A stretch of DNA of 64,000 nt from Coleofasciculus chthonoplastes F2-STO-03. GTDB lineage: Bacteria > Cyanobacteriota > Cyanobacteriia > Cyanobacteriales > Coleofasciculaceae. The number at the start of each line of letters is the position of its first letter. Position 1 is the stretch's first letter. Both the position numbers and the translations under genes were made by a program. Location: NCBI GenBank assembly GCA_040222015.1, contig JAVJWO010000176.1:1-64000 (forward strand). The letters are read 5' to 3'. A model generated the notes under the pieces. The model searched no databases, had not been told where the DNA came from, and worked only from the letters and a program-made list of their open reading frames with translations. Below, in pieces: positions 1 to 10,446 of the stretch.

Positions 1-7
1 CATTTCC

Positions 8-105
8 CCCTCATCCCCTAACCCCTTCTCCCACCGTGGGGAGAAGGGGAACCCTCACCCCCATCCCCTCTCCCCGGCGTGGGAGAGGGGCTGGGGGAGA
101 GGGGT
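8..105. repeat. CCCCT(T)CTCCC...GGGAGA(A)GGGG hairpin dispersed repeats (cyanobacterial small dispersed repeat type), two copies
   Basis: Same motif at 1165-1274, 57085-57125 and, in frame, 51331-51375. Confidence 0.8.
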
Positions 106-130
106 TGAGCTTAAGTTGACACAGATGATA

Positions 131-207
131 GACGTGCGCCCAATTCCACTGACGTGCTCCCAATTCCATTGACGTGCGCCCAATTCCATTGACGTGCGCC
201 CGATTCA
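131..207. repeat. 20-bp tandem repeat, about 4 copies (GACGTGCGCCCAATTCCATT)
   Basis: Directly visible 20-bp periodicity. Confidence 0.9.
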
Positions 208-293
208 ATCTTAATCAATCTCAGGGCTAAGGTCCCTTACTACGAACCTAATCTAATATAGTATTTAATCCATCTTGGCTCAAGGAGTGTTCT

Positions 294-1082
294 ATGGCTT
301 CTCCCTTTCCCGGCATGAATCCTTATTTAGAAAATTCGGCATTTTGGTCAGAAGTACATAATCGCTTAATTGTAAACCTTGCTGACTTTTTAGCCCCGCA
401 AATTCCGCCACAATATCGGGTGGCAATTGAGCAGCGCACGTATTTAAGTGATGAGTCAGATTCGGTTTTGTTAGGAATTCCTGATGTCTCTGTATTTTCT
501 CAACAGAAGAATACTAAACCAACGGCATCAACCGCCACCTATCCCGATACATCTGAAGCTGTAACCGTAACAATGCCTGTACCCGAACCTATCAAAGAGA
601 GTTATTTAGAAATTAGAGAAGTCGCCACCAGTTATGTTGTTACAGTGATTGAAATTATATCGCCTAAAAATAAACGTGCAGGTGAAGGGAGAAAAGCTTA
701 CGAACGGAAGCGCAAAAAAGTATTAACGACGACTGCTCATCTCGTCGAAATTGATTTACTTCGAGGGGGAAAGCCGATGGTATTTTTAGGCGAAGTCCCT
801 CTTTCAGATTATCGAATTGTGGTGAGTCGAGGCGATTGCCGTCCTCTAGCCCAATTGTATGGGTTTAGCGTGCGAGATGTGATTCCCTCGTTTGGATTAC
901 CGTTACAGTCAGAAGATCTAGAACCTCTGGTCGATTTACAAACGTTGTTGAATGGTGTATATGAACGTGCCAGATACAATTTAGCGATTGATTATAATCA
1001 AGAACCCGTTCCACCGTTGTCGGAAAAAGATGCGGTTTGGGCAGATAGACTCTTGCGAGAAACAGGGCATCGAAATAATTAA
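294..1082 (+). CDS. DUF4058 family protein (PD-(D/E)XK-like)
   Basis: MASPFPGMNPYLE start, VIEIISPKNK and HLVEIDLLRGG motifs; AAGGAG upstream. Confidence 0.85.
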   Translation: MASPFPGMNPYLENSAFWSEVHNRLIVNLADFLAPQIPPQYRVAIEQRTYLSDESDSVLLGIPDVSVFSQQKNTKPTASTATYPDTSEAVTVTMPVPEPIKESYLEIREVATSYVVTVIEIISPKNKRAGEGRKAYERKRKKVLTTTAHLVEIDLLRGGKPMVFLGEVPLSDYRIVVSRGDCRPLAQLYGFSVRDVIPSFGLPLQSEDLEPLVDLQTLLNGVYERARYNLAIDYNQEPVPPLSEKDAVWADRLLRETGHRNN

Positions 1083-1164
1083 GAATAGGACTTAAACTTG
1101 CTTTTACATTGAATCGCAATTTGTAGAAAACTCTTCATTAGCATCCATGTCTATTTAAGTTACA

Positions 1165-1274
1165 GCCCTCACCCCCAGCCCCTCTCCCAAGTGTGGGAGA
1201 GGGGAGCAAGAAAAGACTTCATTATGATTATTTCCCCTTCTCCCTGGATGGGAGAAGGGGTTAGGGGATGAGGG
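1165..1274. repeat. Inverted pair of CCCCTCTCCC-type hairpin repeats
   Basis: CCCTCACCCCCAGCCCCTCTCCC...GGGAGAGGGG followed by inverse copy ending GGGGATGAGGG. Confidence 0.8.
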
Positions 1275-1345
1275 TAAAATTTTGAGTTTCACGGCATATA
1301 ATTTTGACCTAACGCGCTGAAGAGTCTGGTATGGCACATAAATGT

Positions 1346-1405
1346 GTAGGGGCGGGTTTTACTACTATCTTTTCGGTTGCACCCAGATGCGACTAAACCC
1401 GCCCC
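1346..1405. repeat. GTAGGGGCGGGTTT...AAACCCGCCCC REP-like element
   Basis: Near-identical copy including loop at 63609-63668; relatives at 45518, 49308, 58592, 60772. Confidence 0.85.
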
Positions 1406-1522
1406 GATTCGTCGGTTTCGTGAGTGTATTTGACAAGTCAGATTACCGTGAGGGTACACAACCAAAAAGGTTACCAATGTTGGTTTTCACCTTAAGTGAA
1501 ACCAAAGCTTCATGGATTTCCC

Positions 1523-1795
1523 CTACCCTCGCTTATAACCATAGTACCAACGACTCGTCCTATCCCCCACATTTTTAACCGTATGAGATTCTTTTGCTGG
1601 AATCAGCACTTCCTCTCCGACTTGGGGACGAAATGTTTTCCCTTGAAACGATAACTCAATGTCTTCTTCCAAAAGGATTATCAGTTCATCGGTATCGTGG
1701 ACATAATCTGCCCACACCTGTCCCGGCGAATCCGTCCAAATTCCACAACTAAAGCCTCGGTTTTGCCAGTCGTTTTTAACAGTAGAATAGTCCAT
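1523..1795 (-). CDS. Small cupin-domain protein
   Basis: HDTDEL and GEEVLIPAKESHTV cupin motifs. Confidence 0.8.
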   Translation of the reverse strand: MDYSTVKNDWQNRGFSCGIWTDSPGQVWADYVHDTDELIILLEEDIELSFQGKTFRPQVGEEVLIPAKESHTVKNVGDRTSRWYYGYKRG

Positions 1796-1929
1796 AGTGA
1801 ACTGACACAGCTAAAATTGTCGAATAGATTGAGTTCGTAGTGAGGGCTTTAGCCCTCTCAAGCTAGGCGTTAAAGCACTCTTCGTGCTTACTACAAACAA
1901 AGCCCTATTTTAGTTGTGCCAAGCCAGTA
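1795..1929. mobile_element. MITE-like element with imperfect terminal inverted repeats and internal GTAG hairpins
   Basis: TAGTGAACTGACACAGCTAAAAT ... ATTTTAGTTGTGCCAAGCCAGTA; related right end at 6754-6776. Confidence 0.55.
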
Positions 1930-1983
1930 GGTTGGGTTGACGCCAGGAAACCCAACAAAAGATAGGGCTAAAGCGCTTACTAC
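1927..1983. repeat. Composite REP doublet GTAGGTTGGGTTGA..GAAACCCAAC + AGGGCTAA..CTTACTAC
   Basis: Same architecture at 19858-19914 and degenerate at 6774-6846. Confidence 0.75.
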
Positions 1984-2000
1984 AAGCCTGACAGGATGGG

Positions 2001-2303
2001 CTATTCGACAGAAACGGATTTCACATCTACCGTAGCTTCCGGTGTCGTACTGGTTTCTTCCGTGACGATTCCCGCTTGGCGAGATTTAGCCAAATCAATC
2101 AACCACTGCGACATCTCAGACACCAGCAGCGTCAGCACGACGACATCATCAATTTGCCCGACAATTGGAATCAAGTCTGGAGCGATATCAATGGGACTAA
2201 ACACGTAAAGGAGAGTCCCTAAGACTATCCACCAACGGTATTTAGGATTGCGAACCGCGTTACGATACCAGTTATATATGGATTGGATTGAAAAATTATT
2301 CAT
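2001..2303 (-). CDS. YkvA/DUF1232 family membrane protein
   Basis: YVFSPIDIAPDLIPIVGQIDD signature. Confidence 0.9.
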   Translation of the reverse strand: MNNFSIQSIYNWYRNAVRNPKYRWWIVLGTLLYVFSPIDIAPDLIPIVGQIDDVVVLTLLVSEMSQWLIDLAKSRQAGIVTEETSTTPEATVDVKSVSVE

Positions 2304-2461
2304 CAGTTTTCCCCGACAGCTACCTTTCATCTTGCCAAATTCATCCCGGAATCTCTATGGGGATAACCCACCTGTTCAGGTGCAGAACTTACACCTACTG
2401 ACGTGAGGGGGAGAGTTTGATGGGATTGGGATTTGCTGGGGATGATGGGAATCGCACTTTG

Positions 2462-5400
2462 TTACTGTTTTACATCATCACACAAAGCCTGATCACTCTC
2501 TGGAGCATTGTATTTTAGATAATCCTCCACCCAATCACAGGCTCTATGCATGAGTACATCTAGCGTTAAATCCTCTAAATTCCACAACCTGACTGTTTTA
2601 TCAGAACTAGCAGAAGCAACCGTCTTTCCATCTGGGCTGAACACTACGCTCCTGACCCCATCTTCATGACCAGAAAGAATGTGGAGAAGTTCACCTTGTT
2701 GATTCCATAACCTGACGGTTTTATCCTCACTAGCAGAAGCAATCGTCTTTCCATCTGGGCTGAACACTACCCTATAGACCCCATCTTCATGACCAGAAAG
2801 AGTGTGGAGAAGTTCACCTTGTTGATTCCAAAACCTGAGTGTTCCATCCTTACCAGCAGAAGCAATCGTGTTTCCATCTGGGCTGAACACTACGCTGATG
2901 ACCCAATCTTCATGACCAGAAAGAGTCTGGAGAAGTTCACCTTGTTGATTCCACAACCTGAGTGTTCCATCGAAACTAGCAGAAGCAATCGTGTTTCCAT
3001 CTGGGCTGAACACTGCGCTGGTGACTGGTGCTTCATGACCAGAAAGGGTATGGAGAAGTTTACCGTCTCGATTCCACAACCTAACTGTTTTATCCCCACT
3101 AGCAGAAGCAATTGTCTTTCCATCTGGGCTGAACACTACGCTCCTGACCCAATTTTCATGACCAGAAAGAATGTGGAGAAGTTCACCGTCTCGATTCCAC
3201 AACCTGAGTGTTCCATCATCACTAGCAGAAGCAATCGTGTTTCCATCTGGGCTGAACACTACGCTCCAGACTAAATCTTCATGACCAGAAAGAATGTGGA
3301 GAAGTTCACCTTGTTGATTCCACAACCTGACGGTTTTATCCTCACTAGCAGAAGCAATCGTCTTTCCATCTGGGCTGAACACTACCCTATAGACCCCTTT
3401 TTCATGACCAGAAAGAATGTGGAGAAGTTCACCTTGTTGATTCCATAACCTGACGGTTTTATCCTCACTAGCAGAAGCAATTGTCTTTCCATCTGGGCTG
3501 AACACTGCGCTATTGACCCCTTCTTCATGACCAGAAAGAATGTGGAGAAGTTCACCTTGTTGATTCCACAACCTGACGGTTTTATCCTCACTAGCAGAAG
3601 CAATTGTCTTTCCATCTGGGCTGAACACTACACTCCAGACCCAATTTTCATGACCAGAAAGAGTGTGGAGAAGTTCACCTTGTTGATTCCACAACCTGAG
3701 TGTTCCATCCTTACTAGCAGAAGCAATCGTGTTTCCATCTGGGCTGAACACTACGCTATAGACCGATTCTTCATGACCAGAAAAACTGTGGAGAAGCTCA
3801 CCGTCTCGATTCCACAACCTGAGTGTTCAATCATCACTAGCAGAAGCAATCGTTTTTCCATCTGGGCTGAACACTACGCTGATGACCCAATCTTCATGAC
3901 CAGAAAGCGTGTGGAGAAGTTCACCGTCTCGATTCCACAACTTGAGTTTTCCATCCAAACTAGCAGAAGCAATCGTGTTTCCATCTGGGCTGAACACTAC
4001 GCTGATGACCCAATCTTCATGACCAGAAAGGGTATGGAGAAGTTTACCGTCTCGATTCCACAACCTGAGTGTTCCATCCTTACTAGCAGAAGCAATCGTG
4101 TTTCCATCTGGGCTGAACACTACGCTATAGACTTCATCTTCATGACCAGAAAGAGTATGGAGAAGTTCACCGTCTCGATTCCACAACCTGACGGTTTTAT
4201 CCTCACTAGCAGAAGCAATCGTCTTTCCATCTGGGCTGAACACTATACTAATGACCCCTTCTTCATGACCAATTAGTCGATTCCGCTCTCTAAATCTGTC
4301 GTCATAAATTGCCGTCTGCAAGGTTTGATAAATTCGTCTCTCACTCTCCAATTTTTCTGAATTTGATTCTTTGAATAGCGCTCCTGCCCGAATCCCTTCA
4401 ATCAGAGCATCGAATTTCAGATTTGATTTAACCAGTATCTGGGAAAAGCGGCTTAACGCATCAATTTGACCTGCCATCCTTTGTTCGGATTCCCGCCACT
4501 GGACTACAGCCAAGCTGGTTAAACCCATCAACCCAATCAAGGCAGTAACCGATACAACGATAATGCGGCGAGCTTGTTTAAGTTCTCGTTGACGGCGACT
4601 TTCTTCTTGACGCAAATAAGCCTCTTTTGCCGCTAGACTTGCCTGAATTAATGCGTTTTGCAAGTCGGTGGCTGAAGGCTTTTTCTGGCTTTGATTTGTT
4701 TCCTGTAACCAGTCTTGTGCAATGGCTAATTCATTTCCCCGTAACAACAAATCATCACTTTTATCCTGCTGCTGCCATTCCAACGCCCGCTGTGACCATT
4801 TGCTATGCAGGTGAACGTGTTCTCTATCCGTATCTAAAGCCCTGACCAATTGATTGAAATTGGCATTAAACTCCCGTTGATTCTGATTGAAGTCAATCCA
4901 CTGAATCTTAGCTAACTCTGGATGTAAATTTGCCGAGTCTACGGGCTGATGTAATACGGTGATAAAACGCTTATTTAAGCTCGCTGCATAGTCCACCTCA
5001 GCAGCACAGTACGGTGAATTAACCGAACGCGGTGAAAGAATAAACAAAAAGTTATCACAGGCTTTAATCCCTGCCTGAATTTCCTGCTGGAAGTCACTCC
5101 CCGATGCAATACTTTCCTGGTCAAACCACGTCGTTTTTCCTTGCATCTGTAAGGCATCATTTAGCTTTCTCGCTAAGTCTGAGTCCGCACGAGAGTAAGA
5201 GATAAACACATCCAGCGACTCTAACGGTGGTTGTCGCAGGCTTTCAGTAATGTATTCTTCCTGTAAGGCAGTGGGTGGATGGTGTGTCCGTTTTTGTGCG
5301 ACTTTTAACCACGCTTCAGCACTGCGTAAGTTATAGCCTCGTAGCAGAATACTGGGATTTTGGTATTGCTCTTTCCACTTGAGCGCTTTAGTCAGTAAAA

Positions 5401-6526
5401 TCTTATGTTCTCGATAATAAGCCTCATCCTGATGCAGAATCCGTAATAACTGACTTTCATCAAGGTGATAATCCTCTTCCTTTACATTATCGGTGAGGTC
5501 AATATATTGTAATCCCTGTAGCACGGGTGGGATTTGTTCCACGGGTGTTTCCCGTACCAATACCGGAATAATTCGCTTGTGTAGTGACACCGCCAAGTCT
5601 AATTCTTGTTGACAGTATTTCGAGCCTATGGAATCCGGTGAAATCAGATACACCAAATTATCCGCCTGTTCAATCCCCCGTTTAATCGCCTCCTCAAAGG
5701 ATTCTCCGGTTTTGATATCGGTGGTATTTGTCCACACGGTAATACTTTCTCGCCTTAAACTGCGACGAATCTTTTCCATCGTCGCCTTATCCTCGTCGCT
5801 ATAGGCAATAATCACCTGAGTCATCAAGTTATTGGCATTCTTGATACTTTCGGTGATGTATTCGCAATGTAAGTCAGTGGGAAGACAAGGCGGTTGTTCA
5901 TCTTTAAACCGTATCTTTAACCAAGCTTCTGCCTGTTGTCTCTCTTCGCCAACTAATAACCAACTATGTTGCTTTTGATTTCTCTCCCACTCCAAGGCTT
6001 TAACTAACAAGTCAGTGTGCTGTTGTACATAGTCTGTATGAGAACGAAGTAGCTTAACCAAGTCAGTTAAGGATGCGTCAAAATCGTTTATCTCCTCCTG
6101 AAAATACACCCAGTTGAGTTTACGGATTGTTGGGTGCATATTCTGATAGCTTTCGTGCAATCCTTTTTCTTTATAGGCTTGCCACTCTGACTCTGTACTA
6201 TTAGGATTACGCTGCTGCCAGGTTTCCTGGCTAATGTCCATAACGTGTAATATAGGAATAATCCGTTTATTCAGCTTTACCGCCAGTTCAATTTCTTTTA
6301 GGCAATAGGGAGAGTTGACGGAATGAGGCGCAATGATAAATAGAAAATAACTGGCTTTTTCGATACCATCATCAATTTGATTCTGGAAGTCTACAGCTAG
6401 GGGAATATCATTGAAGTCAAACCAGACGTTAAACCCTTGTTGAGTGAGACGCGCTTGCAGGTTTTGAGCGAAGGCTTTACTATCGGCTCGTCCGTAAGAG
6501 ATAAAGGCATCAAATAATGTTGTCAT
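2462..6526 (-). pseudogene. Triple-TIR, transmembrane, 14x WD40 protein interrupted by one in-frame TGA at 3827-3829
   Basis: ORFs 3827..6526 and 2462..3817 are in the same frame; three FISY/IIAY-type TIR starts with SxYC..E motifs; hydrophobic helix near 4497-4565; WD40 array. Confidence 0.85.
2579..4270 (-). repeat. Intragenic tandem array of 14 near-identical 123-bp WD40 units
   Basis: GH codons recur at exact 123-bp spacing from 4270 to 2671. Confidence 0.95.
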
Positions 6527-6547
6527 TTCCTGGTATTTGTCCCTAGT

Positions 6548-6653
6548 TATAGCGCTTCGCGCTGATCTATTTACACTTTGGATTCAGAAACATCTTACCT
6601 GGACTAAGTTTCAGGTATGGGAGTTGTAAATACACGCCTAGCGACTTGCTATA
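6548..6653. mobile_element. TA-flanked MITE-like element
   Basis: TATAGC...ATTTACA and TGTAAAT...GCTATA inverted ends. Confidence 0.55.
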
Positions 6654-6669
6654 AATGTCACCCTTGTCT

Positions 6670-7140
6670 TAGCGTGACACACCTAATGGGGTGGATGACG
6701 ATTGTAGGGGCGCACCGACGTGCGCCCAATTTAATCGTAAAATCTATGCCACCATTTTAGCTGTGTCAGTCCAGTAGGTTGGGTTGGCGCATGTTACTAG
6801 GGCGGAATCTAGGCTAAAGAACTTTAGGGCTAAGGTTCCCTACTACAAGCCGGAGCGATCGCACATGCCCAACCGATAAGAACATTTTGTGCAAAAATTT
6901 AGGTTGAATGGTACTAAGTTAAGGCTGGTGGGCAATGCCCACCCTACGGTAAATCAAAAGTTTCGGGGATTCAAAAATATAAATTTTCAGTACCATTTAA
7001 TTTAAGTTGGGGATGAGTAGCGAGCAAGATGCAAAGCCTGCGGCATGGCTTCGCTTAACGCACTACGAGAATTTTGCCATTATTGACAATAACAATTGTT
7101 TTCTTCCCCAGCTCCCAGACGCGCCATGGCGCGTCTCTAC
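6670..7140. repeat. Cluster of MITE-like shell and GTAG/CTAC REP-like hairpins
   Basis: GTAGGGGCGCACCGACGTGCGCCC 6704, GTAGGTTGGG 6774, GGTGGGCAATGCCCACCCTAC 6927, GTAG..CACTAC 7017, AGACGCGCCATGGCGCGTCTCTAC 7117. Confidence 0.75.
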
Positions 7141-7313
7141 CGAACCGTATTGAGACAGTTACCAAATCGCCACCCGCCTCTCCCGAATCCCGCGCTCTAG
7201 CCGCGAAAATTAATCAACCTCTTTGCAAGCGGCGAGAAATCCCTAGAATTGGAGTGGCTTGCATTTTAACAAAGGCAATTAGACTTAGCAATCAAGGGAG
7301 GTTGAGAACTGAT

Positions 7314-8267
7314 ATGGATATTGTTGCGGTTATTGAAAAGGGCGGAATCGCCATGTGGCCCCTGTTAGGGCTTTCGATCCTAGCAGTTGGTACAATTTTT
7401 GAACGCCTCTGGTTTTGGGCGGGAATCCTATTGAAACAACAGGAAATTGTCAATCGGGTGCTGGATGCAGCCGCTCAAAATTGGCAGGTGGCTAGAGAAA
7501 TCGCGCTTAAATCACGGCGACAACCCGTCGGACGATATTTATATGCTCCCCTACGCCTGATCAGCCCCGAACCGGAATTGTTCCGCTTGGCTTTAGAGGG
7601 GGCGGCTGATGACGAGTTAGCAGCGATGCGACGCGGCGATAAGCTATTAGAAGCGGTGATTGCCCTGTCTCCGCTGTTGGGGTTACTGGGAACGGTACTG
7701 GGTTTAATCAACTCCTTAGGCTCAATTACTATTGATCAACTGGGTACAGCCTCCACCGCTGGGGTAACGTTGGGGATCGGTGAAGCGCTGATTAGTACAG
7801 CGACAGGACTAATTATTGCGATTACCAGTTTGGCATTTTATCGACTGTTTCAAGGCTTTTGGTTTAACCAAGTCAAAATATTCCGTAAAGCGGGGACAGA
7901 GTTGGAATTACTGTATCGCCAAGATTGGTTACAAGCCGAGGATAGTGATCAAATGATGAATGATCACCTCCAAGACAATACGGTTAACGTTTACCAAGAG
8001 AGTTTTGAGGTTCCCAAACGCGATCGCACTCCACCCCCAAAACCTCGATCCCAGCAGAAGCCGGACGATCTCACTCCTGTCGCCAATGCTAAAGGAAACC
8101 AAGACGATAAAGTTTCCCCAGACAATTCTCAAGTCCCCCAAACCGATCGCACTCCTGTCGCCAATGCTAAAAAAAACCAAGATGATAAAGTTTCCCCAGA
8201 CAATTCTCAAGTCCCCCAAACCGATCGCACTCCTGTCCCCAACCCTCAAGGAAAGCCGGAAAATTAG
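7314..8267 (+). CDS. exbB: MotA/TolQ/ExbB proton channel protein with low-complexity C-terminal tail
   Basis: [32 protein letters not shown] motifs. Confidence 0.9.
   Translation: MDIVAVIEKGGIAMWPLLGLSILAVGTIFERLWFWAGILLKQQEIVNRVLDAAAQNWQVAREIALKSRRQPVGRYLYAPLRLISPEPELFRLALEGAADDELAAMRRGDKLLEAVIALSPLLGLLGTVLGLINSLGSITIDQLGTASTAGVTLGIGEALISTATGLIIAITSLAFYRLFQGFWFNQVKIFRKAGTELELLYRQDWLQAEDSDQMMNDHLQDNTVNVYQESFEVPKRDRTPPPKPRSQQKPDDLTPVANAKGNQDDKVSPDNSQVPQTDRTPVANAKKNQDDKVSPDNSQVPQTDRTPVPNPQGKPEN
8072..8238 (+). repeat. 78-bp intragenic tandem repeat (about 2.1 copies)
   Basis: TPVANAK(G/K)[18 protein letters not shown] duplicated. Confidence 0.9.
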
Positions 8268-8405
8268 ACATCTTTTGTTTGATTTTACAGATATTATTCG
8301 TGCAGCTTGGCTGCAAATTCCCACCTGTTAATAATAGGCGAAAAAGCAGACACCATAAACAAGTTCAGCCCTCTGCCCTCTTTTGACCTTTTGCAACTCA
8401 AAACG

Positions 8406-9167
8406 ATGACAACACTACGCCAGCCATCCCAGCCGCGAACCCCAAAAAAACGTGCCGCTTTTGTCCCCCCATTACCCCGCCGTTTAAACTTGCGGATGGA
8501 TTCCTCAACCGAAGAAGTTCGGATTGAAATCGTACCGCTAATTGATGTTATTTTCTGTATCCTGACCTTCTTTATCCTGGCAGCCGTAGGTCTATCTCGC
8601 CAACAAGCCATTAATGTGGATTTACCTAAAGCCAGTACCGGAACCGCCCAGGGACGACAAATTCTGATGATCAGTCTGGATGAATTGGGGCAAGTGTATG
8701 TAGAGAAAAATCCGGTAATTAGCCAGGAACAGTTTATTCAACAACTCCAAGCTTACAAACAACAAAACCCCAGTGGCGTGTTTGTCCTCTACGCTTCCCC
8801 CAATGCCATGTATAACGAAGTCGTGCAAGTTTTGGACTTGCTGCGAGAAGTCGGGGGCGATCGCGTAGCGCTAGCCAATTCACCCGGACAATCGCCGCAA
8901 ATTCCGGGAACGAATCCCCTGTCTCCGCCAACTGGAGTCCCCGAATTTAACCCCAATCCCGGACAAATGCCAATGAATCAGGATGGCACATTTAATCCCA
9001 ATTTGCCGCCTCAATTTCCAGGGATTCCGGGTCAACCTCAATTTGGAACACCCCAACCCAATCCAGGTAGTTTATCACCTGCTCCTGGACAATTGCCCAT
9101 CAACCCCGGTGGTTCTGTTCCACCCAATTCTGGCACGCCGACGTCACCGCAGCCGCAAGGGGAATAA
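8406..9167 (+). CDS. exbD: ExbD/TolR biopolymer transport protein with Pro-rich tail
   Basis: IEIVPLIDVIFCILTFF motif, follows exbB; start uncertain. Confidence 0.88.
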   Translation: MTTLRQPSQPRTPKKRAAFVPPLPRRLNLRMDSSTEEVRIEIVPLIDVIFCILTFFILAAVGLSRQQAINVDLPKASTGTAQGRQILMISLDELGQVYVEKNPVISQEQFIQQLQAYKQQNPSGVFVLYASPNAMYNEVVQVLDLLREVGGDRVALANSPGQSPQIPGTNPLSPPTGVPEFNPNPGQMPMNQDGTFNPNLPPQFPGIPGQPQFGTPQPNPGSLSPAPGQLPINPGGSVPPNSGTPTSPQPQGE

Positions 9168-9172
9168 TTTTT

Positions 9173-9210
9173 TAAGTAGGTAGGGACAATAAAAGTTAAC
9201 GGCTGAGATT
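9173..9210. repeat. TAAGTAGGT..ACAAT(A/T)AAAGTTAA dispersed repeat (solo MITE-like end)
   Basis: Copies at 36961 and 62500. Confidence 0.65.
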
Positions 9211-9641
9211 GTCATTCGTCCTTCGTCATTTGTCCTTAGTCTTATGTAAGGGTTTGAGGGTTATGTACAGAATTTACATTATGTTGATATCGCTCAAATT
9301 AAATTAGCGGCATTATCGTGAGGTACACAGACAGATCCCCGACAACATCTTGCGCTGTATCTATCTTAGTCTCTCATTGGGAGTTGTATTTTTATAGTGA
9401 ATGAGGATTTTGGCGGCGTGATTCTGGGCGTATGCAATCATGGGTGTCAACTTAAGGTGAAATCTTTGCCCCACCTGGAATTAGAAGATACTGTGGGCGA
9501 ATCACCTCAAAGAAGCGTAAAATCGTAGGGAGATAGGGAGATGGGGAAATAGGGGAAACGCTTGCTAGCCAAGTATTTTATTGGGTTGAGGGGTTTGACC
9601 ACCCAGTTAACTGACCCACAGTATCTTAGAATGAGAGGCTC

Positions 9642-9671
9642 TTGACTTCCACGAATTTTGGGTGCTATAAT
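9642..9671 (+). promoter_or_regulatory. Sigma70-type promoter for the 9862 gene
   Basis: TTGACT-N18-TATAAT with extended TG. Confidence 0.55.
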
Positions 9672-9861
9672 CATTAAATCTAAAATCAGAAGCAGTAAAG
9701 TATTGCAATAGCTGTCTCATACCATTTATCTTTAATCTTGCAACTAATATGTTTTCTGTGGAGACAATTGTCTGAGATTTTCATTAGGCGCAGTATCATG
9801 GAGAAATCGTATCAGTAGTAGCGCAACTGTTATCAGACAGGAATTAATACAGGAGCTCATC

Positions 9862-10446
9862 ATGCTTAAAGACTTCAAAAAAATAGGTTATTGTTTTTTA
9901 ACAACAACATTATTGATACTCGGTATTAGTTCAAAAACAAATAGTCAAAATACTACTCCCGGTTTGTGTCTAAGACATACAAGAATAAGTGGTTCATCTG
10001 GAAATGTGATAGATACTAATTGGGTATGTTCAAGAGCAGGTGATTTTAGTAAATGGATTGGACTAGGAGATGATACAGGTTGGAAGGATCAAGAATTAGC
10101 TTTTAAAGTGATTGGTGACGCTAAAATTTGTTTTGAGCATACTAGAGTTAGCCCTGCTAGTGGATTACTTAGAAATAGTAAATGTAGCCGATCTTATAAT
10201 GACATTCAGTCAGTAAGTTTAGGAGACGACACTGGTTGGAAGGAGCAAAAGTTGAGTTTTACTATCTATACTCCTAGAGAGAATTACGAAATATGTTTAC
10301 AGCATAGAAGAAGAAGTGGTAGTACAGGAGAGGTAATTAATACTGGTTGGAAATGTGCCTCTGAGTGGGATAGGGAAACCATCTATTTAGGTGATGATAC
10401 AGGTTGGAGAGACCAAAACTTAAGATTTACAATAAGAAATAGATAA
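9862..10446 (+). CDS. Hypothetical secreted protein with three internal repeats (C..H.R.S...C...LGDDTGW.DQ.L.F)
   Basis: AGGAG RBS, signal-peptide-like N terminus, three repeats visible in translation. Confidence 0.8.
   Translation: MLKDFKKIGYCFLTTTLLILGISSKTNSQNTTPGLCLRHTRISGSSGNVIDTNWVCSRAGDFSKWIGLGDDTGWKDQELAFKVIGDAKICFEHTRVSPASGLLRNSKCSRSYNDIQSVSLGDDTGWKEQKLSFTIYTPRENYEICLQHRRRSGSTGEVINTGWKCASEWDRETIYLGDDTGWRDQNLRFTIRNR

Noticed and set aside
131..207. CRISPR array
   Set aside because: Contiguous 20-bp units with no unique spacers, no cas genes
11..208. Short ORFs 11..208, 1155..1337, 1289..1477, 1342..1578
   Set aside because: Translations of non-coding repeats
2579..4270. Diversity-generating retroelement behind WD40 variation
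   Set aside because: No reverse transcriptase or separate template repeat in the window; substitutions are not adenine-restricted
2789..4276. Plus-strand ORFs with IWAEHY repeats
   Set aside because: Antisense shadows of the WD40 array
7074..7313. N-terminal extension of ExbB
   Set aside because: Reads through a REP palindrome (TRHGASL); family similarity starts at ATG 7314
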